A DNA stretch of 63,990 nt, counting the filler, from Octopus bimaculoides (taxonomy: Eukaryota), in assembly GCF_001194135.2 (NCBI RefSeq). It is 7 parts of 6 records of this genome, joined end to end, with 100 filler letters (N's around TTAATTAATTAA, not from the genome) between each part and the next. Parts side by side here need not be neighbours in the genome. Positions count along the whole stretch, not along the records: positions 1 to 23,228 come from NC_069003.1; positions 23,329 to 33,277 come from NC_068982.1; 5 more parts are not named here. One strand, written 5' to 3'. Of the stretch, positions 13,830 to 27,510 are shown piece after piece. Position 1 is the first letter of the stretch. Every line of letters begins with the position of its first letter. The notes under the pieces are model-generated. The model saw only the letters and a program-made list of their open reading frames with translations, had not been told where the DNA came from and ran no database searches. The position numbers and the translations under genes were made by a program.

Positions 13830-14400
13830 TCCATATTAGGGAATATATCAATCCGCATTACTGACCTCTCACAAACGAGGAAGTATTTAAACCAAACGAG
13901 GACTTTTATATTTCAGCATTAGAGGAGGCGGGATATAGAGAAAAATTAAAATTCTTCTACGGTAGTAGTAATAGAAATAATAAACGTAGTGGGAGAGACC
14001 GTCCTAACAATAACCAATATAGAATGAACAATATGAAGAACGCCACTAACCACCACGAACGGACAGTGGGAAAAGTTAAAGATAGAAAGTCCGTGCATTT
14101 ATAATTAAACAATAGAGTACATAGAACCAAAAAGCACAGCACAAATTTACATGAATTTGTGCCAAATAAAATGCTAAGTGACTTCGATAAAAATGGAGCT
14201 ATCAAGAGGTTCCATTCAGATAGAGGAGGTAACCAATACATAAGCCCTGCCAAAAGTACAATACAAATAACTGACAAATATAATGGCAAACGAACCCAAT
14301 GCTGAAATTATAAATAGCTAGATAGGTTACATACTTTTATAAAAAGCTTAGGTAGAAATAGAAATATATACCGCAATAACATAGACACAAATCCTCGTAA
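13830..14400 (+). mobile_element. Penelope-like element remnant (RT thumb/linker)
   Basis: NISIRITDLS / TNEEVFKPNEDFYISALEEAGYREKLKF (one frameshift) resembles the PLE SI..RIS.LSSNE..F......Y..AL..SGY motif. Confidence 0.6.
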
Positions 14401-17200
14401 ACTTACTCAGTGACTTCCAATTGTCTGATAGTTATCGACTGGATTTCCCTGATGTGCCAGTATAGACATGGAGCAACCACAATGGGTCGTCCAGATCGTA
14501 TCTAGATAGAATATTTGCCACGTCAGAGGATATGGAGAGTGTAGGTTGTCCACAATTTAAATTCGTCAGCTATACAGACCACAAGTTTGTGATCTGCACA
14601 GTCGAGTTAAATATAACTCTTAGACAGGGACTCGGTTACTGGAAGTTAAACGCAAATTTTCCGGCTCACAAAGACTACAGGGACCGGATTAGTGAACTAG
14701 ATAAGCGACAGTTGACGGGGCAATCGTCAACAACCGGTGGTGGGCTACCCTGAAGAGGGTGATTAGAGCAGAATCGACAGAGTTTAGGAAAGGTAGCGTT
14801 TAGAAAAGAATAGATGAGAGGATAAACTAGTTAGAAAAGAGGCAATTAGAAATGGCATAGCGACCGATGTGCTAGAGGCGAGATTTACCCTTGATCATTT
14901 CTTAGAAGCGAAACACGAAGGTTGCGTTGTTAAAGCTAAGGCTCGTGCACTCAAACAGGAACTAAAGCTGTCTTTGACGGATTAGTAGTGGACTTTAGTT
15001 CGTACCTGGACGGCTTGCCACGGCTCTCGGTAGCTGAGTGAGGTTATGTGAAAGGCCGATAACAGACACTGAAATTTGAGAGGCGATGAGCAATTGCACA
15101 AGTTTCAGATCGCCTGGTTTGGATGGTCTGCCCTACGAATTCTATGTATTCATGCCAGATTTGTTTAGCGACCTCTTAGCAGACGTCTACTGCAACTGGG
15201 CTTCAGAACGAGAGAATTCCTAGTGTTGTTAGCAGAGGTGTCGTGACACTGCTCAGGAACCACACCGACAATGGGGACGTACTAGAGAATTTTCGTCCCA
15301 TAACTCTGCTAAACACAGAGTTTAAGAAAAGGTTGGCACTTGTTTTCTGTAGCATGTCCGGAGAAGTGCAAACGTGGACAATCCCTAGTATGTCTATCCA
15401 GGACAAGCTCCATCTTATGCGGTACATCAAAGAGAGGGCTGGGACCACAGCTGGTTTCCGGGGTGCTCTCATCAATTTGGATCAATCAAAAGCATTCGAT
15501 AGGATCGACCATCACTAATTGGAAGCTGTCCTGAAAGTAGGCTGTTTCGAAGCCGTTTTTAGAGACTGGATCGCTGCAAAGCACAGTGATACCTGTCCAG
15601 TGGTAAAAATAAACGGCCACCTATCGGAACCGTTTGGCATTGCACGCTCGATCTGTCAGGGATTCCCGCTGTCACCTCTTCTATATGTATTGGAACTCGA
15701 GTTACTATTGCGGAAGTTGGAACAACTAAGGGGCATCCCATTCGAACTGGGACAAGGAAGGGCGGTGTCAGCATACGCGAATAATATCACCGTCATGGTG
15801 TCAGACGCCTCCGAAGTGGAGACGGTCGGCACCATCCTAAAGGAACATAAATCAGTTGCAGGGGCTAAAATCAACACCGACAATTCGGTTGGTTTGCGGT
15901 TGGGCTCCTGGAGAAGTAGGACGATGCCATAGGATGGCGTCGTTGGACGCTGGGCCGATAGACCAGTAAAAGTGCTCGGGGTCTGGTTTGGTCCTAACCT
16001 CCAGGTTGATAAGAACTGGGACAAGGTGACGAATAGGGTGGGCAGTCTTACCCAGAAATGGGCTGAAAGAAAGCTGTCCTTCCGTTATCATTTATTGCAT
16101 GACATTGTGCCTTGTCCTGGCTAATGCTTGACCAGTTTGGAGCGTCTCTTATTTAAATTCTTGTGGATGGGATGCGTTCCAATGGTCAAGCGGTCAGTAT
16201 GTTGCCAGCATCCTCTGAGTTCAGATTAGGTATGCCGTGGCTCCTAATGCGCTGACACGCGCTTAGATTGGGCTACCTGCAACGATTTCTGGAAGGTGAG
16301 TGTGTGTGGGCTCCGTTTGTGAGGCTCACCTTTCCGTAGCTCGTCTCCTTGACGGAGTTGCAGTCCTGGGTGAAGAAAAGACCAAGGCTGGGCGACTGGC
16401 ACCTAGAATGTCGTCAGGCGCTCACAGCCCTCTACCATTCGGGCAATGGGATCGCTGGATGTTCCGCTTTAGAAACTTGGAGAGGATTAGTGGCGGGGAA
16501 GCGCGACGACATTCTCGGGAAGACTTCTGGGTGCCGACGAGAACGAACTGGCTTGTCAGTTCCGGAGGACTTTCCGGACGGGAACTATAAAGGATAATTT
16601 CTAGATGTCCTTGGCTTGGCGGTGCTACCTGGGGGCGCTACCGGTTCGATACAAGCTCTACAGGCATGGATGTGCTGTCAGATGGACTTGACCGAGGTGC
16701 GCGCAGAGTGACGAAACCGTTCTGCATGCCACGTTCAGTGTCCGGACATTGCTGACTTGTGGGGTTATGTTGAGCAGTTACTGTCCCGTGTGAGGCAGAT
16801 CCGTCTGTTGGCTGAGTCTGTCGTGGTGATTGCACCACCACCTTCCTTCAATCGGACAAGCAAGGCAGTTTTTCTTTGCCTGATGGCTGTGGCGAAAGAG
16901 GTTGTTTGGCGGACAAGGCTGACAGGAATGAGGACAGCTACATTCCTCTTTAGTGGAGCTCTCATTGACTTTTTAAGTTTCCCTTGAAAAGAAAATTGAG
17001 AGTGGAGAGGGAAGTGTTGTCCTCGAGTGAATTTATCGAAAGGTGGGTGAAAGTTGAGAAAATGGCAAGAGTGGATGGTATCTCTCTAAGTGTAGACATG
17101 TTAGCCGGAGAGAAGGAATTGGAGAGTGCACTTGCCCATAGGATTTCAGGGAAATATCGGACTGTGGTGTCCCTCGATTATCTCTCGAGGCATTCTTGTA
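14400..17200 (+). mobile_element. L1/Tx1-like LINE ORF2, 5'-truncated pseudogene (APE end, RT, C-terminal Cys/His region)
   Basis: YTDHKFV...GYWKLNA; NFRPITLLNTE; LINLDQSKAFDRIDH; ICQGFPLSPLLYVL; AYANNITV; many stops and frameshifts. Confidence 0.92.
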
Positions 17201-17283
17201 TCAGGAGGATCACATCTCTATCAGGAGGGTAACATCTCTATCAGGAGGGTAACATCTCTATCAGTAGGGTAACATCTCTATCA
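17199..17283 (+). repeat. 20-bp tandem repeat, ~4 copies, at the LINE 3' end
   Basis: Unit TCAGGAGGGTAACATCTCTA. Confidence 0.95.
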
Positions 17284-18026
17284 TCTTCCCCTATATATAC
17301 ATATATATATATATNNNNNNNNNNNNNNNNNNNNNNNNNNNNNNNNNNNNNNNNNNNNNNNNNNNNNNNNATTAATTTATTAATAAATCAACAATTAATA
17401 ATTTTTACCAAGCCCATTACAAGTAATGCTATCTGTTGGAGTCTCAGCTTTTTTAGCTGCTATTTCTGAACTTCGGTATGTGGTGAAGCAAATGTTTGCT
17501 GATCCCTTAATTATGTTTATATATATATATATATATATGTATAAGTATATATGTACATGTGTGCTTGAGTGTGTTTTTGTGTGTGTATGTATGTGTGCGT
17601 ATGTGTGTGTGTGTGAGTGGGGGGGGGAATAAATTCAAACCAAATATTTATAATTTGAGTGCATACAGTTCGCACGTTTCAGATAATTATGCAAGAAAGG
17701 AAGCTTTTTTCCCTTTATATGATACAATATTTGGTTTGGACTTGCTACTATATCATGCAACACTACGCCATTACAATCTACGTTGTTCTTGCTTTGTTTA
17801 GAAAGATATTATAACAAGGATTTGATGTGGACTGTTCTACAGGAACTGAATGGGAAAATCCTGCGTTGTATGGCTTATAAGCATAACACTTAATATATAT
17901 TCCTACATGCATATATACACACATACATACATGTGTATATATGTATGTGTGGAGATAAAAAAAATGCATATGAAATATATATATATAGAGAGAGAAGAGA
18001 ATGTGGGAGAGAGATAGAGAGAGAAA

Positions 18027-18062
<36 letters not shown>

Positions 18063-18072
18063 TAGATGGATG

Positions 18073-18110
<38 letters not shown>

Positions 18111-18258
18111 AGAATAAATAGACAGAGAAATAGAATGTTCTATGTATTTATATGCATGAATCGACAGAATAATTCATAAAACATCTATATGAAAATTTCC
18201 GCCATTGTTGCAAGTGTATTTTCAAATATAATTTTCATTTGATATATATATTTATGTT

Positions 18259-18290
<32 letters not shown>

Positions 18291-18404
18291 CTTGTGTGTG
18301 AGTGCGCGCGCGCGGATGTATGTATGTATGTATGTATACATATATATATTATGTGTATCGTGTGTCTATGTGAGTATATTTATATAAAAACAGATACATA
18401 CTCA

Positions 18405-18447
<43 letters not shown>

Positions 18448-18544
18448 TGCGCACGCTCGCTCGCTCTACTTTCTTTATTTCCACTCCTTTTGATCGTAAA
18501 TTCAAAACGAACTCCCCTTTAGCGATTCCAAGTCATTATTATTA

Positions 18545-18550
18545 TGATTA

Positions 18551-18609
<59 letters not shown>

Positions 18610-18650
18610 ATACTACTACTACTACTATAACTACTACAACTACTGAAAAT
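18545..18650. repeat. (ACT)n microsatellite
   Basis: Direct inspection. Confidence 0.95.
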
Positions 18651-18961
18651 AATTTTATAGCCATTACAAAGGCTGGACGCACTATCGTTTTTTCGCTTTG
18701 AGATGACATGTTATACTCACGCACACACACAATCTTCCTCTCTCGTACACACACATATAGAAATGTATTAAAAATAAATGTCTACACCAATAGACATATT
18801 TATTTATTTATGTGTTTCAGCCAAGTGGCTGCGGTCATGCTGGTGCACCCTGCTGGTTTGCATGTGTTCAATGCATACATACGTATACAAACTTTACATA
18901 CATGCATATATGCATACATACACATATGTGCATATATATATATACATATACATACATACAT

Positions 18962-19013
<52 letters not shown>

Positions 19014-19111
19014 GCATATAAATATCTATATACATATGCATACATAAATATATATGTATTTATAGATATATACACTTGTACATGCATACACAAGTCTCTC
19101 TTCCACCATAC

Positions 19112-19163
<52 letters not shown>

Positions 19164-19513
19164 AGAAGAAGATGGAGGGAATCCAGAGGTAGTATGCATC
19201 AGCTGTTAGACATTATATTATGTCTATTTATTTAGTATATATATATATATACATGTGCAAAGTAGCAGTAATTTCAAGAATGGAGAAAGGAGTGCAGTTT
19301 CTTACAGCTGTTTCTGCCAAGAAGAGTAACCCACATGTTATTTCCATCTTTTTAGGGAACTCTCCTGATCTATAGATAAAGTCACGACACTCGCGTGTGC
19401 CGCTAGGCTTCGCCAGAGAGTTAAGAAGAGGGTCTAAGAAGTTCAGCGGGTTGATTTATATATATATAAACATACATATACATACATGTAAACAATATAT
19501 ATATATATATGCA

Positions 19514-19593
<80 letters not shown>

Positions 19594-19603
19594 NNNNNNN
19601 NNN

Positions 19604-19659
<56 letters not shown>

Positions 19660-19964
19660 ATATATATACACATATACATATACATATACACATGTACACA
19701 CTTATAACAGAATCAGTTATTAGTAGGCGTGGTACAGTATTCTTATTAGAGAATGCTCAAGAAGAGAAATAAGAGTATAATCGAAGTAAACGATGGAATT
19801 TGAGAGGAGTACAGTTTTGAAGAAATGAAATGGTATATGAAAGGCAATGCATATATATACACATACATATGCATAGATACATACATACATACATACATGC
19901 ATACATATATATACATAAATACATATATATATAAATGTATATATATANNNNNNNNNNNNNNNNN

Positions 19965-20001
<37 letters not shown>

Positions 20002-20099
20002 GACACACATTTCATGCGTTAGGAAGGGTGTATTCCTGCAGAGGTTCGTATTTTACTTGCATATAAACATGCACATACGTATAAACATACTACGTGTTT

Positions 20100-20830
20100 A
20101 CAGTTGAGGGCCCGAGATCATGGTTTTTAACAGGTGAAACATTGACCTTGTTGGAGTCATTTCCATACCTAATCCTTATATTTTGTAGTAGGGGTTTTGA
20201 ATGCAAAAGTCTTCGGCCACCTCACGTAAATCAATCAAGATTGTGTTTTAAAACAGAAAAATGTCTATAATGAATTTTTTTTACATAATGTTCATTTCAA
20301 AAAGTTACTGTACATAGTTAATATTTTGTGTGGGTTTCCTTATCTTGAATAATTGTTTCAATGCGCCTGGGAAAAGATGAGTACAAATCCTTCACCATCC
20401 TCACACGTATCAGATGCCATTCTCTGTGGCTGAACTCCCACAACTCTTCAAAATTGCGTGGATTCTTCTGACAAGCTCTTCTCTTTCGTTCTGTCAACAT
20501 TTTCTCGATGATACTTAAGTCAGGCTTCTGAGCTGGGTAATCTTTCAATACCTTAACACCTTCATCAACCAGATTCTGTTGTCTTGCACCCGATCTGTGG
20601 CAAGGAGTTCCCTCATGCAGAAAAATCTCACCTTTATTCAAGTCTGGTATCAAATTTTCCTTGAGCGACTGGACGTATTTCGCACTGTTCAAACTACCTT
20701 CAATTTTAACCAACTTTCTTGCGCCATCGATTTTTATGTATCCTAAGGCCTCAGACTCTTACGCCCAAACTTCACTGTTCTAGTAGTGTAACATAGGTCG
20801 TTTCGTTTTCTATTAAGTGAGAATTTGTCA
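20100..20830 (-). mobile_element. Tc1-family transposase fragment
   Basis: ORF 20318-20713: EIFLHEGTPCH...YPAQKPDLSIIEKM...LYSSFPRRIETII...TKY; TA|CAGTTG TIR-like end near 20100. Confidence 0.85.
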
Positions 20831-23177
20831 GAAGGCCTCCAGGAAAGAGATAAAACTCCTTGGATTTGATATTCACAATATATATATAGATGTATAAATG
20901 TAAATAAAGAAAAGTCAAAGACAGAAAAATTTTCCAATAATTAACAATTCAAGTATAATTAAATATAAATATATATATGTCAAATTCCACACACACACGC
21001 ATATATATCAATAGAGCAAACTTACTCGGATTAGAAAGCTTAAGAGGATTAGGAGGGAGAGGGTATGGTGATAAAAGTCCCAACAGCTGTCATTGGGGGG
21101 CTCCGAGTTACTTCATTATGTTGGCATCCAGCATTGGTTACAAACATTGGTAAAACCCCGTAGTACATACATGCATGCCTGTACAATACGTAATACATAC
21201 ATGCATACATATATACGAAAATGTATACATGCATATGTATACATAAAATTACAGATACATGCATATGTATACATAAAATTACAGATACATTCATACATAT
21301 GTAATTTACAGTAAAATACATTACGTGAATTATAATTAGTTGAATATATACAGATACGTATATATCTAAATATAGTAACACGCTGGTTTATCAGGATACC
21401 TGCAGACAGTTTCAACGTGCGCATATATAAACGAAACGAAAACGAAATATATTGGGATTCATATCCATAGTTATAGACAAGTATCTATGCAAATACAGTG
21501 TGTGCATGTGTGCGTGGGGGGTTAATATGTACATATATATGTATATATATGTATATATATGTGTATATATATATATATATATATANNNNNNNNNNNNNNN
21601 NNNNNNNNNNNNNNNNNNNNNNNNNNNNNNNNNNNNNNNNNNNNNNNNNNNNNNNNNNNNNNNNNNNNNNNNNNNNNNNNNNNNNNNNNNNNNNNNNNNN
21701 NNNNNNNNNNNNNNNNNNNNNNNNNNNNNNNNNNNNNNNNNNNNNNNNNNNNNNNNNNNNNNNNNNNNNNNNNNNNNNNNNNNNNNNNNNNNNNNNNNNN
21801 NNNNNNNNNNNNNNNNNNNNNNNNNNNNNNNNNNNNNNNNNNNNNNNNNNNNNNNNNNNNNNNNNNNNNNNNNNNNNNNNNNNNNNNNNNNNNNNNNNNN
21901 NNNNNNNNNNNNNNNNNNNNNNNNNNNNNNNNNNNNNNNNNNNNNNNNNNNNNNNNNNNNNNNNNNNNNNNNNNNNNNNNNNNNNNNNNNNNNNNNNNNN
22001 NNNNNNNNNNNNNNNNNNNNNNNNNNNNNNNNNNNNNNNNNNNNNNNNNNNNNNNNNNNNNNNNNNNNNNNNNNNNNNNNNNNNNNNNNNNNNNNNNNNN
22101 NNNNNNNNNNNNNNNNNNNNNNNNNNNNNNNNNNNNNNNNNNNNNNNNNNNNNNNNNNNNNNNNNNNNNNNNNNNNNNNNNNNNNNNNNNNNNNNNNNNN
22201 NNNNNNNNNNNNNNNNNNNNNNNNNNNNNNNNNNNNNNNNNNNNNNNNNNNNNNNNNNNNNNNNNNNNNNNNNNNNNNNNNNNNNNNNNNNNNNNNNNNN
22301 ACATTCATACATATGTAATTTACAGTAAAATACATTACGTGAATTATAATTAGTTGAATATATACAGATACGTATATATCTAAATATAGTAACACGCTGG
22401 TTTATCAGGATACCTGCAGACAGTTTCAACGTGCGCATATATAAACGAAACGAAAACGAAATATATTGGGATTCATATCCATAGTTATAGACAAGTATCT
22501 ATGCAAATACAGTGTGTGCATGTGTGCGTGGGGGGTTAATATGTACATATATATGTATATATATGTATATATATGTACATATATGTACAGAGGTACATAT
22601 AGGTATATCTGAATATATTTTTGATAATGCTTAGGGGCTATTTTTGTTTGTAAGTCCAGAGACGCACAGACAACTATATCGTTCCCCAAAGCATATATAT
22701 GCAATGTCACACAAGCAAATACATACATATACATATGCATACACACACACACGCACATAAATATATGCATATATGGTGCTTGGTAGACATATAGAGCCAT
22801 ACATACACAAATACACCTGTATGTACGTCCATGTATCAGTAAGGCGTGTAAATGGCACACGTCTGTGTATATGAATTCAATTTCGAAGTTTCATGATGGT
22901 GCAGCATATGATATATTCCTTCATGTATGTACACTCCTCAGATCAATAAGGGAACCAACACAACCGCACGATCACATGCACACAGATACACAGACACGCG
23001 CGCACGTACACCTACAAACACAGAAACACACACAGAAACACGGACACACAGACACACAGACACGCACAGAGAAAGATATGCACAAAAATATCTGATCTTC
23101 TATATAAAAATAAATATAAATAAATATACATATATATAAATATACATATATATAAATATATATATATATATATACAC

Positions 23178-23228
<51 letters not shown>

Positions 23229-23388
23229 NNNNNNNNNNNNNNNNNNNNNNNNNNNNNNNNNNNNNNNNNNNNTTAATTAATTAANNNNNNNNNNNNNNNN
23301 NNNNNNNNNNNNNNNNNNNNNNNNNNNNCCTGCAAGTAAGTTCTGCTCATTGTGGATCCTAACATGTCTTTTAAGACATGTTATATAT

Positions 23389-23459
<71 letters not shown>

Positions 23460-23499
23460 CCACATCAGTGTTTCAAACTTATTAGAAAGCTATCAATTT

Positions 23500-23660
23500 T
23501 AAGGGTAGGAGGTTATTCGACACCCACGACCATAGTCTGTTACTTATTTTATCAGTCCTGATGATCTCAGGCAAAGATGATCTCAGCAGGATTTGAACTC
23601 GAATGTAAAAAGCCAGAATACATAGCGCAAAGAATTTTTCCAACGCTGTAAATATTCGTC
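23500..23660 (-). mobile_element. SINE family A copy (diverged)
   Basis: Reverse complement contains CGAGTTCAAATCCTGCTGAG...GATAAAATAAGTA. Confidence 0.6.
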
Positions 23661-24889
23661 CAATCCAATGCTCTAATATATATATANNNNNNNNNNNNNN
23701 NNNNNNNNNNNNNNNNNNNNNNNNNNNNNNNNNNNNNNNNNNNNNNNNNNNNNNNNNNNNNNNNNNNNNNNNNNNNNNNNNTATACATATATGTGTGTGT
23801 GTGTGTGTGCGCGTGTGCGTGCGTGCGTGCGTGTGGATGTATGTATGTGTGTATGTATGCATGTATGTGTGTGTACATATATATATATATACATACATAC
23901 ATAAATAAATGTATGTGTTAGTGTGAACGTATGTGTGTGCTCCTGCACGCGAGCATGCGTGTATGTGTCTGTATGTCTGTGCGTATATCATTCACATGAA
24001 TTACTTCTATTTCCGCATCTTTAGCTCTTTTTACCTTGCTCAGTATTATATCTCTTTATATATTTATCTTCCGCTAGTTTTAATATCGCTATCGGAGTTC
24101 CTTCTTTATTTTATTTCCTTTCGTTCCTCATCTCCCTTCAGAATATTTTGACCACACTATTTTAAATATGTTAAATATTTATGTATTTTATTTTTTCCCT
24201 CACATTTGTTGAAATTTTTATATTTATTTAATATTTTCCTTAATTTCTTCGATGTTTTTAATTCTTCCATTTTCTGTTTAGTTTTTAATTGATAGATGAT
24301 AGTATTCATTCCACATATATGTTTATTCAGCATGGGAATCTTTTAGATGTAACAATCAATAATTATCAATGATATTCTGATGTTATTCCACTGAGTACAG
24401 ATATGGATAATCTTTATCCATTCTGTAATATGTATATGGCTTGCAGCAATTTCAAAAAACACTCAATAGAAAATTTTGAAATCTTTCTAGCGGAAGCAGA
24501 GGTGCGAGTCCATATATAGATACGTCATCTTTTCATAGAAACACATCTACATGCATCCACACGCACTCACATATGCGCCTACACTCAATGTTTGTACAAA
24601 CACGTACGCACAAGCATTTTCACACACATATAGACATACAAACACACATACATATGCATGTGGGTATGTAGGTGTACAGTTCTATTTTCAATTATTTAAA
24701 GTTTTCATGCAAGAAAAGAGCTGGTTTCTTACAAAGACACAAAGATACAAAGCTCCATCGCTGGAACAAAAAAATTGTCATATGTCGAACTTGAGAAAAG
24801 TTTTGCATATCTTTACTGCTCCGCGTGCAGATTTTATTTGTAATGTGCATGCTAGCTAATTGATTTCTTATTCCTTATAACTTTAACTT

Positions 24890-25010
24890 TTCTACATTAT
24901 CACTTTGGCATTTACATAGAAAATTATGTACACCAATTTTTGTTGATATAAATCTAAATTTAAAGTCTGGGTATAGAAGCTGAAGATTTCGAAGCGTTTG
25001 TCCGTAATTA
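24890..25010 (-). mobile_element. R4-like LINE 3' fragment
   Basis: DNYGQTLRNLQLLYPDFKFRFI, homologous to 2990-3060. Confidence 0.7.
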
Positions 25011-25830
25011 TCCTCGCTCTGTTTCCGAAAAGACGACAATAACGACCAACGACGATGATTTAAAGTCGGTGCCTTTTGTGCGATGTCACTTTTCTCCTTC
25101 ACCGAGCTACAGACCTGAGTCAAGCACAGACCAGGACTAGGTAAGTGGTATCTGGAACGTTTACAGTCACTCAAAGATCTCTACCGGCTAAAAAACCTAG
25201 TCAGTATAAAGTAACGTGACTTTCGTATCCTATAGAGGACTAATGGAGGATAGAATCATACGATTGCCTGCGTAAGATTCGGCGAGGAGGCTGATCAGTC
25301 TCCTCCGAAGGACATACACGTCGACAATTAAAGAGAATTTGCAAAAGCCCTTGACTTGTTAGCGCTACAGAAGAATTTTTCTTATTCAGGATAAAATCAA
25401 CAAGAACGGAAACGTCAGCAACTGAACATCTCCATTTGCTTCTTAAGACCATCTTTCATGGCCAGGCTCATTACCCTTGCAGTGCTATAATAATTACTGG
25501 CTTGTGTCGAAATACGGGTCAAGCTACTGCTAGCTAAGGCTGGCTAGTTTTTTTCTCTCCTGCAACTATGGTGAAACATTTGGATACGCTTAAAAGGATC
25601 AACCCTTTTTCTTTCCCTTTTTCTCTATCTTCAAGTATCATTTGAAGAGAAAGTTGACGATGGTGCTGCTATGCAATGTTTCCCAATGAGAGTGAGAATG
25701 GTTAGACAAGTGATATTAAATAGGCCTAATTGATTAAACCACTGTAAATAGGAGGCAAGAAACTAAAGGTGGGCACATTATTTACATTATTTACATTTGA
25801 CGGATATTTGTCCTCATCTTGTTTGTTGTT

Positions 25831-25876
25831 AACACAACGTTTCGGCTGATATACCCTTCAGCCTTCATCAGGAGTC
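25831..25876 (-). ncRNA. Minimal type I hammerhead ribozyme (PLE-type)
   Basis: GACUC-CUGAUGA-A-GGCUGA(AGGGUAUA)UCAGCC-GAAA-CG-UU^GUGUU; stem I 4/5 paired, stem II 6 bp, palindromic ACGU in place of stem III. Confidence 0.8.
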
Positions 25877-25941
25877 TTGGGGGAAATTTCGAACATGGGT
25901 TTTCATTCTTAAGGTATTTTCTATGTTGTTATTATTAATAT

Positions 25942-26003
25942 CACTGCTTAGAATCGAACTCTGAATCAGTAGCCCGCGCTCTTAACCACTACGCCATATG
26001 CCC
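25942..26003 (-). promoter_or_regulatory. tRNA-like Pol III internal promoter (A and B boxes) inside the PLE 3' repeat
   Basis: A box TGGCGTAGTGG (25986-25996) and B box GAGTTCGATTC (25951-25961), starting ~9 nt after the endonuclease stop codon. Confidence 0.65.
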
Positions 26004-26353
26004 GTGGGCAATTATGGAGTGAATTTTAGGGCATATAAATCTAATATTTTCCTATCCTTCCTTAATACCGGTTCCCATATGCTGCTCATATCTGCATTCG
26101 GTCTGTTTAGGAGGTTGTTGTGTCCTAGCATATGTGCTGCTTCTTTTAGTTTTCGTATTTTCCAGTGGTGCTCTCTGTCTGTTATTCTAACTTCATCCTA
26201 CCGGGGGAGATGGTCTCCATTTTTCCATACATGATCAGCTATACCCGATTTATCAACATCTCCTCGTGTCACAGCTTTGCAATGTTCATCTACCCTTATT
26301 TTGAGTGGGCGGCAATGTTTCACCAAGATTCCGAGTTCGATTCCAGGCAGTGA

Positions 26354-26416
<63 letters not shown>

Positions 26417-26559
26417 TAATAATAACAACAACAACAACAACAACATCGAAAAATACCTTAGGAATGAGGACCCAGGTTCGAANNNNNNNNNNTACATAAT
26501 TCCTCATCTGTTAAATATAGAACTGTAAAGGAGGGCAATTTCGAAAAAGAAATGACTAC

Positions 26560-26750
26560 AAGATGGTAGAATCGTTAGCAGCATTTCGTCCGTCTTTACG
26601 CAATGAGTTCAAATGCTGCTGAGGTCGACTCTGCTATTTATCCTTTCAAAGTCAATGAAATAAGTACCAGTAAACTATTGGAGTCGATGTGGTCGACTAT
26701 CCTCCCAAAAAACTTTCAGCCTTTTGCCTACAGTAGAAGCAATTATTGCT
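26560..26750 (+). mobile_element. SINE family A copy
   Basis: GAGTTCAAATGCTGCTGAGGTCGACT...ATAAGTACCAG...GTCGATGTGGTCGACT. Confidence 0.7.
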
Positions 26751-27384
26751 GTTATTGTTATTGATGTGAAAAGGTGGGCGACTTTGTTGTTTGTGAAATT
26801 CTTTAATCCTCTTACTTGTTTAAGTGAAAAAAAAAACACTTTTTTTTTTTATAAGTATCTTCTTTAGAGACATTTTCTGGAATATATCTCGATGACTCTT
26901 CCCAATGATGAGGTAAAATAGGTAGCCATTTTATGAATTTTTAAATAATTATTTTTCCGTTTACATTCAACCTAAAAAATGTCTACTACACGACAGAGAT
27001 ACCGTCCACCAAAATTCAATACAATATAACAGAACAGGAAGCTAACCGGAAAAAGAAAGGAAGTCAAATTAATCACAGCAAGATGTGAATATTTTATAAG
27101 GAGAAAAAATAATGTATTGGTAGCAAACGCAAACATAAAGCAGATATTAGATATGGTATAGCAAACAATTCAATACACACGCACAAGTGTTTTCTTTACT
27201 TAGCGGGAATAACTCACACACATGTTTCGCCAAGCGTCTGTTTGTCTGAGGTAACTTAGACAGATGACGCTTGAATGTGAATTATGTGTCGGAGAAAAAA
27301 AATGTTTTACAGAAACTCATAACAGAATACATGGGGCGGTGCACACATTTGTTACACTAAGAGATATGTGACGTTAATCTTGGC

Positions 27385-27510
27385 TCTGTCATCCATTCGG
27401 GGATGATAAAATAAAGTTCCAGTCAAGTATTGGGATCGATTTAGTCGACTATACTCTTTCCTAAATTTCTAGACTTGTGTCTCTATTAGAAACAAAGTTA
27501 TTTCTAACAA
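27385..27510 (+). mobile_element. SINE family A 3' fragment
   Basis: CATCCATTCGGGGATGATAAAATAAAG...GGGATCGATTTAGTCGACT plus tail. Confidence 0.6.

Larger units (their letters stand above)
25775..26530 (-). mobile_element. 5'-truncated Penelope-like element: GIY-YIG C-terminus, 3' terminal repeat, and an inverted partial repeat copy at 26325-26530
   Basis: GET.RPLKIRVDEHCKAVTRGDVDKSGIADHVWKNGDH...WKIRKLKEAAHM...FTP* (stop 26012-26014); GAGTTCGATTC...GCAGTGA...AAAAATACCTTA.GAATGA.RACCCA.GTTCGAA occurs in both orientations. Confidence 0.88.

Noticed and set aside
21287-22570. Apparently identical ~270-nt direct duplication (21287-21555 / 22301-22570) flanking an N gap
   Set aside because: Identity plus position on both sides of a gap points to an unmerged contig overlap; long reads would be needed to claim a real tandem duplication.
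25020-25500. Relatively GC-rich non-repetitive stretch with 70- and 99-aa ORFs
   Set aside because: No motif recognised; it abuts an R4-like fragment and is likely TE-derived.
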